Below, one piece after another: positions 1-10,587 of a stretch of 64,000 bases of DNA. Numbering within the stretch: the stretch's first letter is position 1; every line of letters starts with the position of its first letter. This stretch comes from Macrostomum hystrix. Taxonomy: Eukaryota > Animalia > Platyhelminthes. Position numbers and translations under genes: made by a program. The notes below the pieces were generated by a model. The model made no database searches. It had not been told where the DNA came from and saw only the letters and a list, made by a program, of their open reading frames with translations. Location: the NCBI GenBank assembly GCA_950097015.1, contig CATNEN010000001.1, positions 10,354,001 through 10,418,000 on the forward strand. The letters are read 5' to 3'.

Positions 1-54
1 CTCATCGTTTCCCTTTTAAATCTCCTCTATGCCAAAATCTAATTCAATATACAG

Positions 55-732
55 AAGCTGTATCTCCCATTAAACCTGATCCCAACGCAGTCTCGCTCGC
101 GGCTCAAGCAGGAGATCGAGTTAGCGCAGAAGGCTCACGTAGAGAAACAGCGGCGCATTGCTGAGACGCGAGCTAAAACAGCCGAAATTAGGCGCACCAT
201 TGAAGAGCTGAAGACCTTCAAGCAAGCCAAGCTTCTGCAGGAGAAGCAGCTCAAGCAGCATATTGAAGCAGTCGAGCAACGCTGCACTACAGTAAACGAG
301 ATGACTAGCAGCTTCTGCCATCGAAGTTTAAGCCTCAAGACCGACATGAAGGAGGCCGCTCTGCGAAATCGCCAATTGACTGACAGGCTGGCCCAGGCTG
401 ACAATGCGTTCCACCAGCTCATTATCAAGCTGAACCGCACGAATCGACTCATTGCCATTGCTCGTGATGATTTACGTCGGCGCCAGCGACGGCAGCAGCA
501 GCAGCAGCAGCAGCAACCGGGCAATCAGCGGGACTGCAGAGAGCGTCACGAGGCGTACGGTTCTCGCCACGGCCGCAGCCGCAGCCGCGACCGGCGTCGT
601 GATGGCGTCGGCGATCAGCGCCTAGCTGAAGCCATCGCCCCGCTGATTGTCCAGAACGCCCGCGACCTCTACGAGTTCCTGGATGAGCCGTCGCCAGAGC
701 CTCCGCCGTGCTTTCGTGTGCACAGGCGGTGA
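55..732 (+). CDS. Terminal exon of a coiled-coil protein gene (upstream exons outside the window)
   Basis: The frame of ORF 301..732 is open back to 55. Candidate acceptors are atacag|55 and acgcag|91, both phase 0. Translation SRSRLKQEIELAQKAHVEKQRRIAETRAKTAEIRRTIEELKTFKQAKLLQEKQLKQHIEAVEQR... is heptad-like, followed by poly-Q and RS-rich segments. Stop TGA at 730-732, then AT-rich sequence. Confidence 0.6.
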   Translation, partial: KLYLPLNLIPTQSRSRLKQEIELAQKAHVEKQRRIAETRAKTAEIRRTIEELKTFKQAKLLQEKQLKQHIEAVEQRCTTVNEMTSSFCHRSLSLKTDMKEAALRNRQLTDRLAQADNAFHQLIIKLNRTNRLIAIARDDLRRRQRRQQQQQQQQPGNQRDCRERHEAYGSRHGRSRSRDRRRDGVGDQRLAEAIAPLIVQNARDLYEFLDEPSPEPPPCFRVHRR

Positions 733-1529
733 AGTCCGCTTACTACATTGGTGGCCCTTGGTTTGAGCACGGACTCAATAGTACAAAGGATTCTTTCAGC
801 AATAATAATCGCTCATAACACAATGGGAAAATGTTTCAGTTTTTAGCCAGGGTTTCAAAAATCGTTAGTTTTTTTGCTTTTTCCCCTAGCAACTAATTTT
901 TCACTTTAGAAATGACTCATCTGATTACAGTTTCAGCTACCAGTTCTTGCATTGCTACGCATCTACAATGCTTTTTATAGAATGCTCTACAAATCTTGAA
1001 AGATTTCAATACAGAAAACTTAGCTCAAATAAGTCTTAGCTTTCTTGTCTGCTTGTTGCATTTTTGATCTACTAATTTTAATTGCTTTTATGTCTCACTT
1101 CATTTCTCACTTCAGACTTTTCAGACTTCTTGTTTGAGTGATTGATTGAAAAACATAAACATGTCATCTTTTCAGTCACCAGCTGTCTTACCCCCAGTCA
1201 CGTACAAAGGGCAGTAATAGTGCCTGTACATAATAGGCACTATAGTAGAAAATCCTGTACGTATGGTTGTGTAAAACTGATATGACAAGCCGAATCTCAG
1301 CTCTGTTTATGATAAGAACAGATCGAATAAGAAAGCAGACTCAGCACTCTGCCAGGCACGGCAGAAAAACTCGAAGCTGAGCTGAAGCTAATTACCAAGT
1401 GACAAGTCTCAGCGTGGCAACTGCAAACTTTCCATATCCCATACTCTTGTGGGAAAGTATATTGAGCTCATCGAACATTCCAAACTGCAAATTCAGTGAC
1501 TGAAGAAAATTTCCTAAGACTGTTAAGCG

Positions 1530-2695
1530 ATGGGACAACAATTCAGCCTCAAGAGAGCTGCAAGACGTGGAGACCTAAAAACTGTTTGCTTCTATCTGAC
1601 ACTGGCCTGGGACAGTCAAAGGAGGAATAAAATTTGCGCAGACTGTTGTAAAACCGCAGCTGGTGAGGGTCATCTGTCAGTGGTGAGATTTCTGGTTCAG
1701 AAAGTTACCGACCGAAGCGTAAAAGATCGCTGCTGCGTGAGAGCTGCACAGTATGCTGCATTTAGGGGCCATTTAGAAGTGCTTCAGTTTCTTGTTATGA
1801 CAGTCGCCGACCAAAGCGTGAAAGACGAGTGCTGGGTACTTGCTACGAGATGTGCTGCAAGATCAGGTCAGTTCGAAGTTATTAAATTCCTGGTGCACAA
1901 TGCGTCTGATCAACACGTGAGAGATCAGTGCTGCTTGAAGGCTGCAGAATCTACTACAATAGATGTTGTTCAATTTCTGGTAAAGACAGTTGCTGACAAA
2001 AGTGTGCGAGAGCAGTGTTGCAAGAAGGCCGTGGAACACGCAGCAAGAAACTTTCAGTGGGAATCAGCGAGAGTTCTGATACAGACATTTCCTGACCGGA
2101 GATTGAGAGAGGTTTGCCATCGCGAATGTTTAGTCATTGCTTGCTCAGGTCTTCATGAAGACGGAGTCACTCTACTTGGTCTTCAACCCGAGTGGCTCTT
2201 CCAAATCAGCGAGGTCCTCAGCTTTGCCGCCGCGATGGCCATCGAGGGCAGAAACTGGATTCTGAACAATACTTTGTCTCAAATGCAGCCAGCCCAGATC
2301 ACGCACCTATTGTGTACCTCCATAACTAATGGGCATGTCGCACTGGCTCTCACACTCCTGTCACAATCAAGTCAATATCGACTCGAACGAGAACATGTTG
2401 ATCTGCCAGACGGCACAGGAGCCACTGCTCTCATGCTGGCAGCTGATGCAGGTCATCACGAGCTCATTGAGAGGCTGGTGGACCTCGGGGCGTCAGTGCT
2501 AGCTGAAGACAGTCAGGGTCGGACAGCTCTGTCGCGAGCTTGCGAAGCGGGTCACGTGCGAGCGGCCAAGACTCTGATGGACAGAGGGGCGGATGCGAGT
2601 CATCGGGACAGTCGGGGTCGGACATGTGCGAAGCTGGCAAAGCAGCTTGGACTCCTGCAGGTGGTTCGACTCTTCGAGAGCCGCCGACGATCAAG
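1530..2695 (+). CDS. Ankyrin-cGLR (Mab-21/cGAS-like) gene, exon 1: ankyrin repeat region
   Basis: ATG 1530 (MGQQFS). About 5-6 divergent 33-aa repeats (AAxxGHLxVVxFLV...D.CC), then canonical ankyrins (GATALMLAADAGHHELIERLVDLGA; GRTALSRACEAGHVRAAKTLMDRGAD). Donor AG|GTGTGT at 2696 is phase 2 and matches the acceptor at 3051. Alternative donor GTAAGG at 2700 would need the 2847-2890 micro-exon. Confidence 0.85.
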
Positions 2696-2846
2696 GTGTG
2701 TAAGGGGCTCATTTTTTTATCTTATGTTATCTTCTCACTTTCCCAGAAAGGTACTGCCTCTCGTGAAGAGAGTTTGAACTCAAAAAACCAATAATAGCGT
2801 TGCTGAATCATAACTTTTAACACAAATTTTCGTACACAAATTTTAG

Positions 2847-2890
2847 TCACTCGAGGGCCAAAAAGGCAGCCGGACTCTGCACCGACTCAG
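2847..2890 (+). CDS. Possible 44-nt micro-exon of the ankyrin-cGLR gene
   Basis: ttttag|TCACTC...ACTCAG|gtgttg. It bridges the phase-0 donor at 2700 to the phase-2 acceptor at 3051 with no stop (SLEGQKGSRTLHRLR). Confidence 0.4.
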
Positions 2891-3050
2891 GTGTTGCTGT
2901 GTGAGCTGCTTTTTTCTGCTCATGGGGATCGCGATTTGCGCTTCAACTCAAACAGCAGCTGGACTCTCAGCTGATCAGCTTGAGATGCCGGTCACTGTGC
3001 AGGTGTACTGACTGAACTACATCAGCTGACTGAATTCCCTGTCATTACAG

Positions 3051-3415
3051 GCTCAGAGACGACTCACAGTGGGACAGGCAGCTCAGTGAGGAACTGCACC
3101 GACTGCTCATCAAGGCGGGATTCACTCAGGAGAGAGCGGAGTGTCAGCAGAGAATGGCTGACTGGCTCCAAGGAGTCGCTCGAGTCCTCACTCAGAACTC
3201 GCAGATGCAGATGACAGGCAGCTACGCAGAGGGCTGGGCCAACAGTCTGGTGCAAGTGAACGGCAGGACAGCGGCTGACTCAGACATTGACTGGACTGTG
3301 CTGGTTCAAGGGCAGAAGCTGCATCTGAAGGGCGGCTGCCATGGACATGGAGCATGCGGAGGCGCCACGAAGCTGCAAATCGCAGAGGGTCATGCGCTGG
3401 TAGCAGTTGGATCAG
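3051..3415 (+). CDS. Ankyrin-cGLR gene, exon 2: nucleotidyltransferase N-lobe
   Basis: Acceptor cattacag|3051. Reads LRDDSQWDRQLSEELHRLLIKAGFTQERAECQQRMADWL...QMTGSYAEGW...ADSDIDWTV, the Pol-beta superfamily hGS...DhD motif (GS 3217-3222, DID 3283-3291). Donor G|GTAAAG at 3416, phase 1. Confidence 0.88.
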
Positions 3416-4156
3416 GTAAAGGACATCTAATCGATTTGCTAAAATCTAAAGAAGACTAAGCTAGACTCAAAATTTCAGTTTCTTGTTTCATAATTTAACA
3501 GAAGAACTATCAAAGGGGATTCCCCTCCCCAGTCACAACTTTTTGTGCTGCACCTGAACGGAGCAACGCAAGCACACGAAACTCAAGAACACGGGCCAAC
3601 TTTTTGTTTCGAATCTTCTGAAACAAGAATCAAGACGCCAGCCCTTCAGACCGTCGAGATATTCAATGGTTCTGGTCGCAGGTCGGGTTTTTCCCATAAG
3701 AGCTAGTGTAATTCATCCACCCCTAAACACGAATAAGCACTGCGCCTCAGTGCGGCCTTGCCAGGCCTTCAAAATTGATCAGCATGTCTCCCGAATGTGC
3801 CTGCATCATCTCCGTCTTCGGTGGTCACCTGTCTTTATTTAGACGGACTGCTGGACCTTCAAGGACCTTCAACTGGTGTAACTAGGCCACTATGGACTAG
3901 CCCTGACGCGAATTTCTCCAATATTCTCCAATGCCACCACCTAGTCTGTCAACCAATCAGTCACCACCCAACGCTGTTAGCATTCGGGCGCTGACAAAAT
4001 CCCCTTTGGTATAAAACTTCATTACTTAAAAAAGCAAAAAAAATATGTTAGTTTTCTCGAAAGCAGGTTGGCCAGTTTTGATTTGTTTGCTTGGATATAT
4101 TTCCTTTCGATGAAAAAATGCAAGGCCCTGACCGAACTCATCACCACTCACTGCAG

Positions 4157-5847
4157 GCAGCCAACCTGCCGTCTCTGCCAAGGCATGCGGTGTGCGGCCT
4201 GCTCAGGACACGTGCCATGCGATCCAGTGCTGCAGTGGCTTCTGTGGCAACAGAGTTAAGAAGCTGATTGGACACAGCAACACTTTTGTTCACCTCGTGA
4301 GGGCGACCAGACCAAACTCGACCAATGAGCTCAGAGTGAGCTTCAGCTTACATGAGAAAGAGGCCATGAGTCGGCTGAGCACAGTCCAGGGACAGCTGTT
4401 CTCAATCATCAAGTTCATCTTCAAGAGATATTTGCCACTCACTCTGGACACACCTGGACTCAAGACCTACCATGCAAAGACTCTGCTCTTCTTCATGCTG
4501 GAGAAGCATGGCACAGACCCGAATGCTGAAGCTTGGCAGCCTCAGAATCTGATATCACTGCTGAAGGAGTCTCTCGACAGGATGCTGAGCTTCATCGACT
4601 CAAGCAGCTCACCCGATGAGTGCATGCCACACTTCTTCATGGCCGACGCTCCGCTCTACTTCAAGAACGCTGGAATCGGCGGCGACTTCGACAACACAAA
4701 GACGAGGGTTCAAGACCGACTGAGAGAGCTGAGAAGCGACATCGGCGGAGTGGTTGAGCAGATGAGGAGACTCGTGAGACCTCTGCAGTCAGAGAACTTC
4801 TACTTTCACCCGTTCACTCTGCTGCCACTGACAGCGCCGCCTGCTGTCACTCAGATTAGGGAGGGACACCTAAAGTTCGCAGACGTGTACAGTGTGGTGC
4901 ACCATTTTTTTCGCGAGCTGCAGTCAGAGTCTGCAGACAGAGACACCCTGATGAGGCAGCTCAGTCTCCTGCATCAGCTGCAGTGGTGCAAGTGCGCCGC
5001 TCTGTGCATGACCGCCATGGCACATTTGAAGTTCGGAGACTCCGAGGAGGCTGAGAGACTCGCGATGGAGCTTCAGAGTCACAGAGTTCAGAGTGGAATG
5101 AGGCCTGGTGATATCGGAGATTCGCTACGTAGTAGTCACTACGGTGACTCGGACTGGGTGTGGAGGTTCTGCCTCCCCGCAGACACTCCGCTTCGATTCC
5201 CATTCCTTCCCGAGTTCACGCAGACTCTGCTCACAGCCAGACTGTCACAGCCTCGCTCTGAGCACCTGTACGTGAACTTCCGCTGCCTGAGCTGGAGTCT
5301 CCAAGCTGAGCTGCTCCGCAATCGCACAGCAATCGACTTCGATGCGTGGCTCTCAGAGCTGCAAGGGGACCCGGACTTAGAGGAGCTGCTCACTCTGGCT
5401 CACTACAGCGACCAAGCTAAGCACGTGGAGTTCAGCCTGCGACAGATGGAGACCTTCATGGACGAGACACGCGTCGCCATGGAGACGGAAGACTTTGACA
5501 AGATACATTCGGTCAAAGAAAAGAGTTTAGATTCGTCATTGGAACAACTTGGCACAACTCGTGCATCACAAAAACGACAATCATTGCTCAGCAACCATGC
5601 GAGTCGCCAGTCAAGGTTACTTAAGCGTAGGATTACTGCTATAAAAATAGTAAACATAACTGACAATACCTTAAACAGTCCAGATAATTTGCGGCTGTCC
5701 CATGAGGCTCGTGAGCTGATGGTCGCCGTCGATCGTCGATTCGCTTCGGCTATTGACTGGCTTCAAGTGGCCGCTCTGTCAGTATTGTTTGCTCTTGTCT
5801 TTTTGTGCGCCATTACACCGCATAACGCCTGTGCCCCCGTCCCATGA
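4157..5847 (+). CDS. Ankyrin-cGLR gene, exon 3: Mab-21 C-lobe, helical/TPR-like region, C-terminal TM helix
   Basis: Acceptor ctgcag|4157, phase 1, in frame. Motifs QDTCHAIQC (third acidic residue at 4207), VHLV, LRVSFSLHEKEAM, LKTYHAKTLLFFMLE and CMPHFFM match cGAS/Mab-21 VDxxxAL, WRLSFSxxEK, SYHxKT and xHYFxP motifs. Hydrophobic WLQVAALSVLFALVFLCAIT lies near the C-terminus. Stop TGA 5845-5847. Confidence 0.88.
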
Positions 5848-5979
5848 GTCTTGTCCCCATGGACATGGTTCCTCTTGAAGTATTTTTACACATTTGCTTG
5901 AAATTCAAAGAAACTAACTTTCGTTTCAACAGATGCTTCACTAAAAATAGAATAGACTTTTATAGTTTGATGGATATTT

Positions 5980-6178
5980 ATTGGTCACAACTCACCAACT
6001 GCTCTGTGCAAGGACAGAGTCAGAGTCTCTTCTTGATTCTTTATTCGTCAGAACTCACCAGCTGATTGTATTGGTCACAATTCATCAACATATTCCGTAT
6101 CGGTCACAATTCACCAAATTATTTAGTTTTGGTCACAATTCATCAACTAATTTTGTATTTTTCACAACTCACTAACTG
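5980..6178. repeat. Degenerate short repeat (GGTCACAA(C/T)TCA(C/T)CAA, about 6 copies) downstream of the cGLR stop
   Basis: Motif recurs near 5981, 6047, 6071, 6100, 6130 and 6162. Confidence 0.45.
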
Positions 6179-7867
6179 TTGGATAGCTGAGAAAGATCGC
6201 CGCTCTCTTAAGTGAAGTTCTAATAAAATTCTAAACAAAAAAGTAACATTATGTAATCTTAGTTATTTTAACGCAACGTGTTTTAAATACATTGGTCATC
6301 TTCATGTAGCTGTTTATTTGTAATAATCAATGACGAGAAAGGGTTCTGAGGCGAAATATTTTCATGTTGAGGCTGAGTCGTGAATTGCACACATAACTGT
6401 TTCAAACATTCAAGCTTGTCACTTTCTAACTACTAAAACAAAACACAGTAATATATTTTCAAGAACTTAAGCAGCTAATTAAACGTTTTATGTTAGTAAC
6501 GATGCACAAATTTTATTAATAGTAATTGAACTTGTTTCAATAGCATTTTCCACAGCATTTCAATATCATTTTCCGAAAAATATTACTCTAACAATAGTTA
6601 TTCGGAACTTAAAGTACAAGATATGATCCAAATTAAATAAAGTACAGTGAATTTAACTGACAGAACAATTGCAATTATTTAGCTTTTTCAAATCTCTGAT
6701 AACAAGCCAGTGGTTAGGCCCTATTGAATTTATTTGATTAGAAAACCAGATTTTTTATTTGATTTTTAAGAAAATGACGAAAAAGTCTTTTTTGTGTTTT
6801 TTAATTAACTAAACAGGCTTTCTTAAAAAACATAATTAAAATACGAAAACCGACTTAACTAAAAAGCTAGACTAATTTTGTTTCTAATAAGCTTTTGAAC
6901 TTACATCAAAAGAAAATAGGCTTTAAAATAATATGGTGTTATTTAACTAAACTTTTACAATTAATAAATATGAACAGTAGATGTCAAGTCTAATAAGTTT
7001 GACATATGTCATATGTGAGCATTGTGATTTACATATCGTTCTATATCTCGCTGTACTTAAATCCTAAACAAAAGCTGGAATTATTGCTCATCTTAGCTTT
7101 GGGGTGACATTGTTGTTAATATTTGCCTATTTAAAATTTAATTTTTTTACTTATTGTAAGAAGGCCTGCTTCCTAGATAAATCATTATCTTTACAAGTAA
7201 TTTAACAAAATATTTTAGGGTCTATTAAGTCATATGGTAGTATTTTGAAATAAAGTTTTAGGCCCCCAGAGTCAGGAATGTGGCCTTAGCCATGGAAAAT
7301 TCTGGTGCGCATCAGGGGTCCCTAGTGCACTAGGCACCTGGTGCACTCTAGTCCTTGGTGCTGCATGGCACACAACACAGTGCACAAAGTGGTCCTTGGC
7401 ACACATCCCACACAGAAACTGTGTATAAATGACTCACAGATGGCACACAGTTGGGGATCCTAGACACTTTATCATCTTACAACTTCGTCATCCACTTGGA
7501 AGGTAGGACACTTTGTCATCCAGCCAATTGGCATGCTTTAAAGTTTGGTCAGTTCGTCATCTACTAATAACAAGCAATCAAGTTCGTCATCAATAAAGTG
7601 AGGGTGGGGTGGTAGGGCAGAGGTGTGAACACACTTCACACTCTAAATTGTCAAAAAGAGGTGTCGAAACTGATTTCATTATAAGAGTTGAAAGATAGGT
7701 GCCAACATAATGTGAGGAGAGGTGCTTCTGTTCTAACTTTAAAAACTTTTGTTTTATAGATGACAAAGTGTCCACAAGTCTAAGTCTCTTCGTTATCCAT
7801 CCTCTGAGATATTGGACTGATCGTCATCTGGATCAGCAGTTCTCAACCTTTTATTCAGGCGACCCTA

Positions 7868-8720
<853 letters not shown>

Positions 8721-10587
8721 GAGTTTGCAGACAATGCCATTAACAACAGATGAGATTGAATATCTAAGCAGATGCCTCTCTAATCCTAATCTAATCCTAA
8801 GCAGGTTATTGTGCCTCCAATCGGCTAAAGCCAAAAGGAATGGGAATGCTTTTAAATGTGGGGGTGGAGTTGTTGAGTGGAGTTCCTCCTCTGGGTAAGG
8901 AGTTGCGATCGTTCGTTTTAAGCTCGCTGGGGTAACAAGGTAAAAGGGAGACAGAGAAGGAAAGTTTGTTTTGCTTGTCGTGTGGTGTCGTGTGACTCAG
9001 CCCATATCTAGCAGAAGAGGCTTAGCTTGCGACTGCGTGCATATTTTTTGTTGCGACTTCAAGTTGAGTGCTGGGCCGCTAGTGCTATAGCCATTGCAAT
9101 GTAGCTAACAGCCTTAGACTTACTTTTACTTTTACTAAAAATGTTTTACTCTAATATCTCTAAAGGGTTCTTCCCCAATAAAAAATACATTTTTTTATTT
9201 TTCTTTTTGTTGCGACCCCCAGAAAATGGTCACGCGACCCCCAACCCACAGGTTGAGAACCACTGATCTGGATGACGAAGTGTCCAGGTACCCACAGTTG
9301 GCATACAGTTTCCCCCCAAAACTTGTTCTAGTGCTAAGTGCAATCTGTGCCACCTTCCTGACTATAGGCCCTTAGAATTTAATGCCTATATTAGCATATA
9401 GCTACCTTTGAATAACTTTCAAAGACAGACTATTAGTTTGTTTCTTAAAGTGCTTGAAAAAAAATTTAAGCAAACTGTGCACCAACTGTGTGCCATCTGT
9501 ACACTTTTTCTGTCTAGTCAACTAGAAACTATGTTAGGTGTCAGCTTTTTATATATCTATGTCTTTTTTAGGGCTTGAATTATAAGTCATAAACTTTAGG
9601 GTGATATAATTTTCTTATTATTTTAACTATTTTGTATATTTCCTTTATCTTTAGTTATATAATTTACTCATTCAATTTTGTATAAGAATTCTAAAATTCT
9701 AAATTCTAATTCTTAGAATTCTAAAAAATTATAAAATATATTGTATAAAGACATAGAGCATGACTAAATGTATATTACAAGACATTCATTAAGTGAAAAC
9801 TTTTGTTATAATTATAAGACCTTTATGTTTTCATATTGGAGTGGTAATGGCATGTTATTTGCTAATTAGCATATATAATTATATTCACAACCAACAGAGA
9901 ATAGAATGGTCTAGGTTAAGAGGTTGCATGACAGACTTCATCAAATCCCCTGCCTTAGTGAGCTGGCTCTCTGGGTCCAGAGAGAAAACCTCAAAAAACC
10001 CCACCTTAGCTAGTCAGGTTGAGTGGGTTTTAAGTGCAACTACACTGGCTCCTACTTGATTTATATAGTCTGACTGCAACAAAAAATGTATTTTATTATT
10101 TTATATTTAAGCTAACCCCATATAATTACCATAGTTTGTTATCTAAACCTATAAATTTACTTACCAACATCACCCATAAATAGTAAGAGCAATACTATAC
10201 ACACATCTCCAATTATGCAACAACATCAACAGAGAAACTTTGTGTTGAGAAACAAATTTCTTTGTTGTTCAATTTTGGCACCTTTCTTTGTTGCATAATT
10301 TAGGTTAATTATTGGCATAGTACTATAAATCAATGCTCCATTGTTAATTTATTTTGCTATAAAATTGTTTTAATATATGTTTTTTGCAACATATTATTTT
10401 CATTGTGGTTTTTATGTAACAAATGCTAACATATCCTATAATATTTCAGTCTAGGCTAAGGCTATTTAAAATTAAAATTTAGTTCTAGTTGTACTTGCAT
10501 TTAAACTTTTGTGTTTGTTTAGATTATTTATATTGGCAAGTATGCAAAACTAACAAATCCAAGTTGTAAAAGAATCCAGGGCTCAAA

